Assembly: GCF_009914755.1 (NCBI RefSeq)
Contig: NC_060947.1
Reading direction: 5' to 3' (one strand)
Source: the human T2T-CHM13v2.0 reference genome, Homo sapiens
Length of the DNA: 64,000 bases
Shown: positions 41,239 through 59,578 of the stretch, piece by piece
How positions within the stretch are numbered: position 1 is the first letter of the stretch
How the letters are laid out: each line of letters begins with the position of its first letter
Program-made: the position numbers and the translations under genes
Notes under the pieces: generated by a model
Database searches by the model: none
Seen by the model: the letters and a program-made list of their open reading frames with translations, nothing else
Told to the model about the DNA's origin: nothing

Positions 41239-41918
41239 TGTAACTGACCTAAGGCTTCTTCCTGCCCAGTGCAAAAACAAAATAAATTCAAGACATTACA
41301 GTAAAGAAAGAGTTTAATTGACCAGAGGCGGAAGTGTTGGAGGTTAGGGGTTTTTCAAAGATAATTTCGTGGGCAGGGGGCTAGGGATGGGGAGTGCAGT
41401 TTAGTTGGATCAGAGATTAAATCATAGGGAGTCGAAGCTGTCTTCTTGCCCTGAGTTGCTTCTGGGTAGGACCACAGGAGTGGTTGACAGGTCCAGGTGG
41501 AACTATCGGTGGCAGACATGCAACGAACCTGAAAAAGTATTTCAAAAGGCCAATCTTAAGTTCTGCAATAGGGATGTCATCTGCAGCAGTAATTGGGAAA
41601 GTTGCATATCTTGTGACCCCGGGAATAATGGTGGGTAATTGTTTACGTCTGCACCTTAGCAGAATTCAGGCTCCTCTTATCCTCTTAGCCTGGTGGTCTG
41701 TCCTTAGCTTTACAAAGGCTATGAGTTATGGTGAAAAACTATTATCATTTAAGCTATAAACTAAATGCCTCCCAAAGTTAGCTTGGCTTAAGCCTGGGAT
41801 TAATTAAAAGCAGCTTGAAGGCTAAAGGCAAAAGGGAGGTTGGCCAGATCAGATCTCCAGTCCCCCACCACGTTGCCATAATTTTCTCACTGATATATTT
41901 TTTGCAAAGGAGGTTTCA
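41239..41918 (-). mobile_element. LTR8-family solo LTR (ERV1) next to an L1MA fragment
   Basis: The end ttttgcaaaggaggtttca is the reverse complement of the LTR8 start; TG/CA termini; gtta/gttg TSD. Confidence 0.8.
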
Positions 41919-43056
41919 GTTGGGAGAAATAAATGGTAACTTATTTCAGTAAATGATGTGATTGTTTTTTCCCAGATTGCAAATCATCCCTGTACCACTT
42001 ATTGAATAATCCTTCCCTTTCCCATTGAATTGTGATCTTTCCTTTACCTTATAAATTCATATATATGTATGTATACACTTGTACATATACACACATATTT
42101 TTGCTTTATTTTGTTTGTAGGCTCTCTATCTGACCCATTGATCTGCCTCTTCTTGCAGCACTATCACTGCTTTAAATGTTGCAGTTTTATAATACATTTT
42201 GATAGCATTACTCCTCTGCCTCAAACTTTTCTTAGCTATTTAACTTAGTTCACATTTCCAGACAAATATTACAATCATTTTGTTAGGAGGGCCGGTTCCT
42301 GCCCAGAGCCTACCTAAGTTACATGTTTTGGGTGCTGCCTAATTCATCTACTTTGATCATGAGACATACTCATCCTCATAATGAGAAATGCAAAAGCCCA
42401 AATAAGCCAGGCTCTAATTCTACCTTTGGCTTTCACACCGTCTTTGGCTCCTAAAGGGAAGTATCAAAAGAGGGAAAATATTTTGTCCACACTGAAGAGC
42501 TGAAATGAAAAGGAATCATTTACCATGCCAATCGTATTTTTTTTATTTTATCACAGAACAATTGGAATGTAAATCAATCATTTTCAAAGTATATCTTTCC
42601 CTCTGCCTGAAGTGGAATTACTCTCTAAAGTGACAAACATTAGTATCTTATCTATGTATTTATTTTTGTTTCATTACTAACATCATGGAATTACATTTAC
42701 AAATGCTCTCAGCTTTGTCTCTGTGTCTATGGAAACATGAATTACTTAGCCTTTTGGAGCCTCAGTTCGCTCATATGGAAAATGACAATAATGACTCCAT
42801 TGTGCAAAATGCCTGGCTCACTGTTGACCATCAGTAAATGTTGGCTATATTATATAATTATGACAGGTAGTAGAGCATTTTGGTTCAGAGTACAGCCTCT
42901 GGAGCCAGGCTTCTTTGGTTCAAATCTTATCTTCATCAGTAAATGATTTTCTGATCTTGGATAAGTTAGCTAAACTGAATGTGCCTTGATTTCTTCTTCT
43001 GTAAAATGTGTTAATAAAATTACTTGCTTTATTGGTTGTAAGAAATGAGTTCACTC

Positions 43057-44029
<973 letters not shown>

Positions 44030-46465
44030 ACTCTATCAAACATGTAGAACAGTTTCTGGCATATATGAGGCACTCAATTAATTTTAGCTATTCTTGTTGA
44101 CAGTATCCTTGGTGATAGTGTTATTGGCGATCTTAATCCTTATTATTTGGGCAACGACACAATCAAGAACATATTACCTCATAGCACCATCTAGTGCTTA
44201 TTTTGGAAAATGCCAAATCCCTTTCCCTTGAACAACAGTCATTTGGTGAGGAGAATTTTTAAAATTCCAATTTTAGGAATACAAAAGGAGTTTGGAAATA
44301 TCATGATTTCAAATTTTCTCCAGCCTATCTGGGCTTTTATTTATAAATGTCAGGGATCTTGGTTGCAAAAGACAGAAACTGACTCTGGCTGAATTTAGCA
44401 AATTATTGGGCATTTCACAGAATCAACAGAAAGGCAGGTAAACCAGGATAAAGAAATGATCAGGAATCATGGGAGGACCTCAGTCAAGATTTGCCATAGG
44501 ACCAGCTTGGTTGGTATGTCACTACTGGCAACAACCACCTTCACTGCCTCTACACACCACCACCACAAAACACTGCTACATCTGGACTCTACTGATCTGA
44601 CATTCTGGTCTGCTAGATGCAGTTTCTATGAATGAATTCAAAATGGCCACTTTTTGTATAAACCTCTCAAGATCCAAAGTCTTCAGTAAGAGCCTGGGTC
44701 CCCTATGGACTCCCTGACCACTCAGGGCTTGTGGAGAGGGAATATGTGCTTCCCTTAGTTTCCACAGTAAGAGGCCTCAGCCTTGTTTTCCAGGCTCACA
44801 ATGGAGGAATACCTCAAAAAAGAAGAGAGTTTGGACATCCACATCAAGTAGGGTTACTGGATAAAATACAGGAGACACAGTTAAGTTGGAATTTCAGAAA
44901 AACAATGAACACATTTTTAGTATGAGCATGCCAATATTACATGCAGCATACTTATAGCAAAAACTTGAAAAGATGAAAATGCCCGGTTTAAGTGTGGAGG
45001 GTACAGTGAGACGAGTACTCTTGCATATTACTGGTTGGTATGCCCATTAATATACTCAAGTGGATTAAAAATATTCACAACTGCTGACCCTCAAATACTG
45101 TTTTTAGGAATCTTCATAGCCTATGACCCAAGAGCTGAATTTTAAGGAGTGTATCCTAAGAAAATGATCAGAAATAGGCAAAATAATTTGTATGCAGAGT
45201 GCTCATTGCAGTTACTGTTCATAAAGAAAAATTGGAAATAAATCTAAATATGCAAGATAAGAGAATGGCCAAATAAATTGTGGCAAATACATATGATAGC
45301 ATCTTATACAGTCATTAAAAATATGTTCATGAAGAATTCTAGATACGTGGAAAACTGACAAAGAAATGTTCAGAGATAAGAGCAGGGCAGATAATAGCAT
45401 ATACAACTCACTAACTGTAATCTTAGGCTACTTAACCTCTCTCTACCTCAGTTTACTCCTCCGTAAAATGGCATAATAATAGTAATAAGAATGGAACTTG
45501 GAATAGTGCTTTGCACATACCAAGTGTTATGTGTTGGCTGGAGTGTGTGTGTGTATATGCAAGTTTGAGGAGGGGGCAGAGGAGACAGAGATGGCAGTCA
45601 AGGGACTTTTGCAATAATTGCAGCAACCTAAGTCAGTGTTTCCATGTCTCAGTCTCTAGTTTCATGGTTGCTGAGAGTCAGTTTATGGTGGCAGTGGTAG
45701 TGGCTCAGCTTCCCTGGGCTGCAGGTATGGTGTTCTATTCTTTTGTTTTGTTTTGTTTTAATTCATCATTGTCTTTATTTTATAGTAGGAAAACTAAGGC
45801 ATTTCATGAAAAATGAAGTCAATTGTACAATGCATAATACAGTCAAAGATCTTGACACAGAATTGGTGTCTTAACTATCATTTCTCACCTTTAATCAATA
45901 AACATTCCTCTTTAAAGACAATGAAAAATTACTTATGTTAAATATAGAAAAAATAAACATCATTAATTAAACACTACATCTGTAACCTCTTTACATTCAT
46001 TAACACTCAGGAGTAAAAACAATAATGATTTTTGCTATGGCTTCGTGTTTCTTTAAAACATTAACTAAAATAGATTTCTAATTTGGGAAACATAACTAAT
46101 GCTATTTGGTTTTTAAAAGAATTGTATCTTAATCATCAAGCTAAAGACATAGCAAGAAAACAATGACATGGTCACTTGAAGGGTGTCTCAGTCTAATTTT
46201 CACCATCTAATAAGACACCCTTAAAGTAATTCCAACAGAAAGTCTAAGAAATTCATCGATCAACTTCCTAAGCACATCAGGGAAGGTGCTAAAACAGTGG
46301 ACATCAAGAACAACAGCAGCAGAACATCTTATTTAAACTTTTGAGATAATAAAACAATACAGAAGTGGGAACCCTTGTGAAATTTTTTTTCTTGTTTTGG
46401 TTAACAAGATCATTAATACTTTACAAACCTCATACATGTGGCACACTGTAAGGTTTAAAGAATAA

Positions 46466-47842
<1,377 letters not shown>

Positions 47843-47847
47843 AATAA

Positions 47848-48222
<375 letters not shown>

Positions 48223-49961
48223 TAAGTTTCAAGCAAGTTGAAATTCAACCCTTATTATTCACAAGGACTTCAAATAGACCAGTTTACAAACAAGCATGAG
48301 CACCCTACAAACGGCTCTTACTACGGAGTTCTTAGGATAAACGTGTTTATACTTTGAACAGTCACGTGAGTATCATAAAGATGGCGATTGTATATCACTT
48401 TCCAGTGAAATTGCTTGCCTTCCTTTATGATTTCTTCAGTCTTTTTTTCAGCAGACAAAAGATTTTCTAAAAAGTCTGAATATTCTAAGTATAGCTCATC
48501 ACCTGGTAAAAGCTAGAGCATCCCATCAGCAGTTAACAAGGTGATCGGCAGCCATCTTTCCAGTCCTTCTAATGCACGATCCAAACAAAATTTGTGCAAA
48601 TCAGAGAGAGGCAAAATTTTCAAGTCTTCTCATTTCGTAGAACTGTGGGGGTGCCAGCCAAATTTCTTTTGATAAGAAACTTTCAGTTGCCTTTGATGGA
48701 GATGACCACTGGCAGCCCACCACCTCCGCCAAGTCGGAGTAGACTGGCGGCGGCTCGCGCAGGCAGCATAGGAAGAAGGCCGCGTCCAAGAGGCGAGTTG
48801 CGAGGCGCGAGAAAGGGGTGAGCCAGACGCTCCAGTGGTGCAGCGCCCAGATATCGGGCGTGCAGTCGAGGTGCGCGCACAGCCGCAGGAAATGGCGCGG
48901 GTCCCGGGCGCAAGCGGGCGCAGCAGGCGGCCAGGCCCGGCTGCGGCTGGAGGGCGAGGCGGGGCTCTGGCGCGGGGCCGGGCGGGGAGGTCCTGGGCGT
49001 TGTTCTATTCTTGAAGCCAATCATCCTAGCGGAGGCTTCCTGATGACCCACTTTTCTGTCTGAGGGCAGAGGTCACAGTACCCCTAATGGGCCTATTTAG
49101 TGATAGAGTCCTGGTAGTCATTCCTACAGCCCGAGGCTATAGCCTGTTCTTCCAGCCTTTCCACTGATTTTTGTAAGCTCTTAATTCCCTGTGTCCCATC
49201 CTTTTCTCCTCTAAATAACTAAGCAGTTTCTGTTTCTCACCACTGAACAGCGACTAATACAAGGATGAAATTAAAAGTTCTGTTTAGGACATGTAAATAT
49301 TCTGATACCTATTGATGTCAAGTATGCCTAATGTATACAGAATCTGGAGTACAGGGGTAAGACCAGGGTAAAAAGTTTATTTTATGCTTTTTTCTCCTTC
49401 CTTTTGTCTTTCATACAAAGTTTAAATATGTGAGTCTTAAGTATATGAAAAACATTAGGACTGAATGAAATCACCTGAGCAGAGAACGAGACCAGATGCT
49501 GGCCCAGGACGTATCTGGGGCACACTCCAACATTTAAAAGTTTGGCAAAGGAGGTGAAAATGGTATGGGCAGCTGAGAAGGAGTAGTGAATAAGAAAGGA
49601 GAAAAACCATCAAAGGATGTGGGATGTATCCCAGAAACTAAGTAAGGAAAGTATTTCAGGGTGTAGTGATCAACTCCATCAAATGTTGTACTGTGTGTAC
49701 AAAGTGCTCTGAGTGTACTTTGTACTCTGAGAGACAGAGTCCAAAGACAAAGTTACAAAAGTGTCCATGGAATCAGAACATAAACAAGAATGGCATTGAA
49801 GGAGTGATGCAGGCAAAAGCCCAGTAGAATGAGTAGAAGAGAGAATGGGAGGCAAGAATGTGGAGATGATACATATAGACAACCCTTTGTAGAAGTTTGG
49901 ATACACAGGGAACAGAAAATGCAGGGGAGTAGCTACTAGGAAGATTTGGGGTTAGGGGAAG

Positions 49962-50341
<380 letters not shown>

Positions 50342-51984
50342 CTAAAGCATGTTTATCTGCTCATAAGTACGATCAAGGAGAGAAGAAGATAAACTGTGAG
50401 AGCCAGGGTTTTGAGAATTAGGCAAATAAATGCAGAGTTCAAGGGGAAGGCCCTTGATAGGAGTAAAGACATTCTCTGCACAGTACCAAGAAGGAAAACA
50501 GAGAATACAGCTGCAGGTAGGGTTTGTTGGGTTTGATGGCAGGGAGATGATAGTTTACATCTAATTGTTTCTATTTTCTTAAAGAAATGAAATGCAATAT
50601 CATCAGCTGAAAGTAAGAATAGAGAGGGGACACTGAAGGTTTGTAGACAGTGAAAATGGTGTCATAGAGTCCTCACAGGGAATGACAGTGGGAGAGAAAA
50701 TCGAGCACAACTGTGTAGTATAATTCTTGTACAGCATAATTCACTTGTAAATTTTAGTGAAATTTTTTCAGGTGAGCTCTTCCTCATTCATTATCCCCAG
50801 GTAGCCACTGACCTGCTTTCTGTCACTATATGTTAGATTGCATTTTCTGGACATTTACATAGATGGAATCATATACTTTTTGTCCCAAATTATTTCATGT
50901 TTAATATGTTGTTGTGGATGTTTTAATGTTGTTGTGGATGTTATTGTCTCTTTCTTCATTTTGATTTCTGATTGTTCATTGCTATTGAATATTTAGAATA
51001 CAGAAATAAAATTGATATTTATATATCAATCTTGTATCCTTTAGCCTTGCTAACTTACTCATTAGTTCTAGTAGCTTCTTTGTAGAATTCGTTGGATTTT
51101 CTACATAGATGATCATGTCATCTGTGAATAAAACAGTTTTGATTCTTTTCCATAGTTTTTTTTTCAAGTGAGACCAGCAAGTAGAGTACTGTGCTTTCTA
51201 CTACAATATTCAGTTGTTTATGTGCAGCTAGGGAATGGGGGAACAGTTGGGTTTAATCACAGCTGGGCTTTTGAAAAGGTCTAGTGTATGACCAAGAGAG
51301 AGTGGCTAATGTGGGGTAGAGGAAAAGGTGGTTGGAGGTGAAGAAAGTCAAGGAAGTGGAAGGTCATGGTGTGGGATGGGTCATCCACATTGATGTTAAA
51401 GTCACGAAAAATGATGGACCAGCATCAGCTTGGGGAGGACAACTGAGTCTGGAGGGAAAGGCTTCCTCAGTAGAATTTACACACCCTCTGTTATGGGCTT
51501 CTGGGGAGTCATGGGTGCGGGTGTGCAGACCAGGACATGGATCCTGGACACTCTGGGACACTGCCTCCCAACCACAATATGTGCCTAGGCTTGGGCATAT
51601 AGCTGATCCACACTCCCCTCCTCCCCACCCTCAGAGACCTTCACTCTCAGTTCAGCTCAAAGCTCTCAATAACCTAGAGACTTTTTAGAAACAAAGTCCT
51701 CTCTACTTTCTTCCTGGCATAAGTAAAGTTCAGATCTCCTTGTCACAAAGCCCTGGCCATCCTCTGTGGCAAGAGTAAAAGAGAGAAAGACAAATTTTGT
51801 TTAGCGATGAACTTATAGCAGAAAAAAACAGAAGACAATTCATTTTCAATTAGATTATCTTACCATACCAAAAAAAGAAAAATCAAGGAAAGGATAATTC
51901 CCACATATTAACCCTAGATATTAACCCTAGATATTTCTGCTTGGTGGGAAAGTGGGATCGCTCCTGTATACATGCAAAGGGATG

Positions 51985-51999
51985 GAGAGAGAGAGAGAG

Positions 52000-52050
<51 letters not shown>
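51985..52050. repeat. (GA)n(GT)n compound microsatellite
   Basis: Read directly. Confidence 0.95.
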
Positions 52051-52052
<2 letters not shown>

Positions 52053-52600
52053 TTTGGGGCACATACAAGCACAAGGGAATAGGGGAATATCTTTGACACC
52101 TTACTGCCTGCCACTTCTTTGTTGGTCTCTCCTATTTTATTTAAGTCTTCTGTCCCTACCCTCATATTTTCCTCAGGCTAAAGAGGATATCCACTGTGTG
52201 TTCTATGGAGCAAAATTCTCTCTACTTCCATCCCTATTCACCAGTTAGCTCTCTTTGAGGTGACAATGGATATGAAAGGGTTAATAAGATTCGAAAGAAC
52301 GTACTATTGCTTTAGCAAACCACTGTGTTTCCTAGGCAACATAATGCCTGTATTTCTCTTGTTTCTTCCTGTTTCCAAAAGCCCCTATGGAGGGAATGGT
52401 AAAAATATTAGCCTTGGCCAACACTCAAGCCCTTGCTGTTTCCCTCTCTCTCCCCATTCTGCTCCCCTCACAGTTGACCTTGCCTCCTACTTCATGGAAA
52501 GCATTGAAGCTGTCAGGTTTGAATTCCCTCTCCCTCTCCTCTTAAAGGAGAAGCTATGATCCTTCCACCTGTTCTTTCGATTTCATCCTCTCTTGTCTCA

Positions 52601-52964
<364 letters not shown>

Positions 52965-53811
52965 CTAAGCCTTACTACCTATCTTGCTGCAACTGAAGTC
53001 TATGATAGTTTTCAGAAGAACGAAAATCAAACCAGGGAATCCAATTCCCTCTTTTCCCTACCTCCTCTGCCTTAGTCAAGCTTCTCAAACTTCTTTTTTG
53101 AGAGATAGATCTCCTCAATCCTCATGTTCCACTCACTCCCTAGGCCACTGGAACCAGACTTCCACCCTTCTCATGCCACAATAAAAAGAGTCTGGCATAG
53201 GTAACCCAGGACTTCCTAACTGCCTAGTCCAACTTACACCTTAGTTTTCATCTTTCTTGATCCATTTACAGCCCTTGGCATTGTAAACCTCTCCCTCCTG
53301 GAAACCCTCTCTCCTCCCTTTGCTTCTATCGGACCACATTATTCTGCCATTTTCCTACCACTTGTGGTTTTTATTCTCAATCTCCTTGGTGGGTTTCTCT
53401 TCCTCTACTTATTCCTACAATGTTAATCTTCCCAAGACTCTATCTTGGCCCTCTTTTTCTCTCTGCAACCTGCCTATAAATGTCAGGCCAGTCATATGAG
53501 TAAGTAATGCGAGTCTGGTTGATGTGTGACAATGTAGTATATGCCAGAAATCACAAAGAAATGTGATCTTGCCCTGTTTTTATTTTGAAATAGTAACCCT
53601 GTTATCTTTCATTTTCCACTTTTGATAGAGTCATAGGTACAAAAAAATTTTGATTATCCACTTAATTCTGCTTTAACAAAAACAGAGCAAATGTGATAAA
53701 AGACAGCTGATACTTATTCTCAGCATTGGGGATACAGCAGGGAGAAGTGGGGCTTCTTTAGGTGTACCTGCTAAAGGAGGCAGCTGCTAATCAGAGATAT
53801 AATGCCAGATC

Positions 53812-54015
53812 TTCTCTCTCTCTCTCTCTCTTTTTTTTTTTTTTTTTTTTTTGAGACAAAGTCTTGCTCTGTTGGCTAGGCTGGGGTTTAAGTGATTCTC
53901 GTGCCACACCCAGCTAATTTTTGTATTTTTAGTAAAGACAGGGTTTCATGATGTTGGCCAGGCTGGTTTCGAACTCCTGGCCTCAAGTGATCTTCCCACC
54001 TTGGCCTCCCAAAGT
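53812..54015 (-). mobile_element. Internally deleted, 5'-truncated Alu
   Basis: Alu pieces with two deletions in the right arm; TSD gatcttctc. Confidence 0.85.
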
Positions 54016-54399
54016 GATCTTCTCATTTTTTACGAGAACATTTTTATGTCAGAAATACAGGTTTTATGTAAAAATCTGTTGGTTAACTGCTTACATCTAA
54101 TATTTTAAAAATTAAAATAATGTGAGGGTCAAATAAACATGTGCTTGAGCCAGCTGTAGTCACCAAGGCTAACAATTTTCAACCTTGGCTTAGAACATTG
54201 TGCAATGAGCCTTGAAAAGAGAGAGACCTCTGCCCTATATTCTCCTTGGGATCTAATTCAATGCCAGTGGTTTCAGCTACCACCCATAGGCTGTTACCTC
54301 CTGTCTTTACCCCTCCAGTCTAGACCTCCATCCTGAGCCCCAAACCCAAATATCCAACTGGACATATTACTGGATATCCCCACCAGAATGCTCCTTATG

Positions 54400-54562
54400 C
54401 CCGTGCTTTTCAAACATTAATGTGCATGTGAATCATCTGGAAGACTTGTTAAAATGGAGATTCTGATTCAGTATGTCTGGCATACTGCCCAAGATCGTGC
54501 ATTCCCAACAAGCTCCCAGTGGATGCCAAAGCTTCTGGTTTATGAACCACACTTTAAAACAC
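54400..54562. mobile_element. MER5A DNA transposon
   Basis: gaatcatctggaagacttgttaaaatg...ctgattcagta...aacaagctcccagtggatgc. Confidence 0.8.
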
Positions 54563-55284
54563 AATCCCCATTTGCATACAATGTCCTTTTTGCAAGTTTG
54601 CTCCTCCTGCTACTTATCTTCTCTTGATGAATGATACGCCATCCACCCATGCAAAAATTGGGGGCATAAGTCAGATGTAGAAGGAATGGGAGAAATAGAG
54701 GAGGAATCCAAAGCTCTGTCTCATCCACCTCCTTAATATTTATCATATCTACCCTTGCATTTATGTCCTCACTATCCCAACATTGATTTAAGCCTTCATT
54801 TTCTCCTGCGGTAAGGCTGGTGTCCCTGCTCTAGTCTCCACCCCTCCAATTGCAACCTCCATGCTCCTACGAGCATGACACTTTGAAAAAGCAAAATGAT
54901 CTCATGTAAAGCATGGGCTCTGGGGCCGGAGTGCTGAGTTTAAATCCCAGCACTGCCTCTTACTAATTGTGTGACTTTGGACAAGTAGCTTAACCTATCT
55001 ATGTATTGGTTTTTTTCATCTATGAAAAGAGGATGATAATAGACCCTCACTTGTGAGATAAATAAGATTTGAAAGCAGGAAGGGGAATGACCCATTAGAA
55101 TATCTGGGGAAGAGCATTCCAGACAAATGGAATCACATGTAAAGTGTTCATAGCACTCAGTAAATACACATTAGCTGTGACACTGGCCACATCATTCCTA
55201 GCTTCATTATGGTTGGAGTGTTGAGGGTAAGGAGAAAGTAGAAAGAGATAAAGCTGGACAAGTAATCTGAGGCCAGATCATGGA

Positions 55285-55740
55285 AGGTTGAGTTGCCTGG
55301 GAAAGAGACTCTGTGATGGAGTTTACTATGTAGAAAATTGACTCAATAGTGCTCTTGGGATCTACACCTGAAATGTAAGACAAGGGAGTAGGATCGGGTG
55401 GAGGGAGAAGCTGAGCTTCAGTGCAGTCACAATGCAGCTTCCATGAATCCCACAGGGAGCTCTGAGCCTGGTATGACTCCTCGGAGTTGTCCTTAGATGG
55501 GGAAAGGGAGACAGGCCTTTATATCCCTGTATTGGCCATTCATTACCTGCAGGCTGCACTAAGAAGGATCTGTGACTTTGGGCTAGAAAGCTCTCTTTAG
55601 CCCAGCGCAATCTCAGGAAGAGGATTTCATTGCAAGCTGTCAGTCACCAACACTTTCAGCAGTTGGGGACCTGGGAGAATGAGTGCGTGAGTCCTGAAGT
55701 GGGGGTGGGAAGTGAAATCTGGGTAGGTATCACACCACAG
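55285..55740. mobile_element. Old ERVL LTR (LTR16-like)
   Basis: gagactctg...gtgctcttgggatctacacctg...gctgtcagtcaccaacact similarity. Subfamily uncertain. Confidence 0.55.
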
Positions 55741-55857
55741 TTGGGTAAATCATGCCAAGGACTCTGGACTTGATTTCACTGACAATGGGGAGTCATTAGA
55801 AGGTTTTCCTAGAATGGGACATGCTGTTTTGCACCTCTGTACCTTTGTTCAGAATGC

Positions 55858-56232
<375 letters not shown>

Positions 56233-57264
56233 TAGCTTAATGGTAAACAGCCAAGGTTGGAAGCAGACTCACTATATTTGAATTCTGACATTCCACTTAC
56301 TAGCTGTGAGACAGTGGACAAGTTCCTTAACTTTTCTGTACCTGTTTCCTCAGCCGTGAAATGGGATAATATAACCAACTGCCTTTTAGGAAGAGTACTC
56401 GAGTTAATCCACAAAAGGGCTTAGAACATTGCCTAGCAAGTAATAAGTGCTCAAACAATGTCAGCTATTTCTAAAGATTCTCAGGCTTTCCCTTAGACCT
56501 ATTGGATTAGAATCTTTGAGGGCTGGTCCTAGGAATGGACATTTCAATAAGTGCCCTCCCCCTCTCCAGATTATTCTGATCCTCACTAAAGTTTGACAAC
56601 TACTGGTTCCCCAGAAAATTTATCCCCTTCCTTGTCCACTTGGTGAATTTTTTTTCTTTTTCTCTTTTTTTTTTTTTACTGATAGGCTTAACTGGTGCCA
56701 TGAAAATTTTTAAGACTCAGCTCAATGTCATTTCCTGTATGAAACCTTCCTAGATTACACCTCCCACCATCCCTTGCCAACCTCCCCCTTACCATGTGGA
56801 GACCTCAACCGCAGCATCTGTAACCTTTTGACTGTCTGTCTCCCCTTGCTAGACTGTGAGCTCCTTCTTTGAGGGAAAGGACTTTGCATCCGTAGGCTCA
56901 CCACAGAGTTTAGCATGGAGCTAGAGCTCAATCAAGGTTGGTTGAGTGGATGTAGATGGGCAGGTTCCTTTGGGGTCTCTTTAAAATCTCAGCATGAAGT
57001 CTCCAGTCTCTGAAATTGGGAATGTGGATCCATATACTATCACTCAAGACATAGTTGGCAACTGTAGAATTTTGTTTTCTAGTCTTTAAATTTTTAAACT
57101 TTTTATTGCTTGTTACAATAATAAAAAGAGTTTATATTCACTGGATAAAGAAGATAGCAAAAATTACCTATAATCTCACAACCCAGAGATAACTCTTAGG
57201 TGCATTTCCTTCAGATTTTTTTTTCTGTGCATGGGTATTTAACATAATGGGCTTCCATATTCAA

Positions 57265-57770
57265 ACTCAATTCCACAAATATTTATTGAGCACCTACTAC
57301 ATGCCAGGCACTATTCTAAGCACAAGGAATACAACAGTGAAGAATATAGACAAAAGCCTCTGTTCTTGTGCGCCTTATGTTCAAGTTGGAAGAGATAAAA
57401 AAAATGAGAAGTGATACTGTATATAAGGAAGCAGTAAATGCAATGGGGGAAAATGAAGCAGGGAAGGAGGATGAGGAGTAGGAAGAAGGTGGTGTGAGAT
57501 TTGAAAGTAGCGAGGGAATGACCCATGAGAATGTCTGGGGAAGGGCATTCCAGACAAATGGAATGACAAGTACAGAGGCCCTGAATTGGAAATATGGCTG
57601 CTTGTTCAAAGGGCAGCAAGGAGGCCACTGTAGCTGTAGTAGAGTGACCAGGGAAGAAAGTGGTGAGATCCTAATGTCTTAAAGGTAAGGGTGGGTAGAG
57701 TACCGCAGATCCTGTAGGGCCTTGTAGGTGCTATAAGGACTTGAGCTTTTACTCTGAGTGAGATGGGGAG
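57265..57770 (-). mobile_element. L2
   Basis: caaatatttattgagcacctactacatgccaggcactattctaag is the L2 3' end. Confidence 0.85.
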
Positions 57771-59130
57771 CATCTTTGGATACTTAGGCTGTTTCCAGTT
57801 TTTTGCTATCATGTATCATGCTTTGTGATTCTTCTACTCAAATCTCTGTTCACATCTCTGAACACTTCCCTAGGGGAAATTCCTGGAAGTTAAATTTCTT
57901 GGCCACAGGCTAGGAATAGTTTGAGGCTTTTATTGCATATTGCCAAAGGACTTTCTAGAAAGCCTAGACCCTTTTACAATATAATTAAGTTCAACAAATA
58001 TTTATTGCATGCCTACTATGTGCCAGACATGGTCTAGGGGCTTGAAATACATTGGTGAACAAAATGAATCTTGCATTCTAGCAATTTCACTCTTGCCAAT
58101 TGTGTCAGAGTGCTTGTTTTACTCTGTGCTTGCCAACACCAAGTATTACCATTCTTAAAAAGCTCCAAGAAACAAGAGAAAAAAGAACACTCCAGTCATT
58201 TGAATGATGAGAAATGGTGCATTGTTTTTATGTTCCTTTGGATTTATTTGCTTCCTTACTAGGCTGAATTATTTCCCAAACATTTTCTAGCTAATCAGCC
58301 AATTGTTCTATTTTTCTCTGAAAGCTCTTTAAAACCTTTGAAAATAATTAAAAGGAGACAGAAAGTTTGAAAACACTAAAAGACTTAACATGTATCTTGG
58401 GAAATAAGTAGTCCTTGGGTCAAGTACATCGGCTTTAGGAATTGACTTGGAGCCAAAGAGCATATTAAGGCAACTCTCATGTTCTGAAGGGGGCTTTTTA
58501 TTCAGGAGCACTCTTGCTTATTTCCAGATAACTTGAGAACTGCCACCCTGGAGGAGACCATTCCACTCAGCATTGATTCTGACATGAGCCTGAATGATGG
58601 GATGCTTTTCTTCAACAATCTCTACATCCCAGTGTTAGCTAATAGCCCACTTTATTGAACATCAAATCTGGTTTGCAAGCATTTATATTTTTAAACTGTA
58701 TCACTTCTTGAGGTCTTAAGTTGCACAAGTTTTCTACCCTCCTTGTGAAGCAGGACTTCCTTTAATCCATTATCCTCCAAGGGGACACAGAGGTGTAGCA
58801 GAAGAGACACTGGACTACGATAAATGAGAATTATTAATCCTCCCCATCCCTCCATGAAAACACTTTCCCCAGATTTAATAGCGGTTACCTTTGAGGAAAG
58901 AGAATCAAGAGTGAGGAGAGGGACTTCAGTTGTCTTCTATATCTTCCCATAGTTTGAATTTTCTAACTTTAGACAAATATTACTTTGAAAAAACATTCCA
59001 GCAGGGGTTATCTGGGTGGGGAGCTAATGGCTTGGTTTTTGTTTTGTTTTTTTACTCTGTGTCTCTCTTTATTGGAAAAAAATGATAAAACTTTTATTAT
59101 ATAAAATTTCCCCCAGTTTTATAAAACAAA

Positions 59131-59131
<1 letters not shown>

Positions 59132-59170
<39 letters not shown>
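59132..59170. repeat. (TG)n microsatellite
   Basis: Read directly. Confidence 0.95.
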
Positions 59171-59174
<4 letters not shown>

Positions 59175-59578
59175 TGCATGTCTGCAAGAATATAAGCCAA
59201 ACTGCTAATGTATGGGCCTGATTTAAGTACTGTTTGGGGAACTTGGAGAGGGAGAAAGGAGTTTCATTTTTTACTTTATACACTCACGTATTGTTTAAGT
59301 TTGTTATAGTGAACATGTATTATCATTCTACATTTTTTTTCAGAAAATAAATAATAAACCATTTTCCCCCCTGAGGTTAAAAGTGACACATGCCCATTGT
59401 GGAAAATGTAGAAAGGTATAAGGAAGAAACTAACAATCACAACAGTTAACATTTTAGCATATTTCTTTCCACGCTTTGTTTTATGAATTTTTTGACATAG
59501 TTGAGTTCATACTGTATATAGTTTTGTATCCTGTTTTTCCCTCAAGATTAAAACACAAGCGTTTTGCCATGTCATGAT

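Noticed and set aside
50905-51935. Small tandem duplications (atgttgttgtggatgtt x2 at about 50907; atattaaccctag x2 at about 51905)
   Set aside because: Ordinary slippage duplications with no sign of function.
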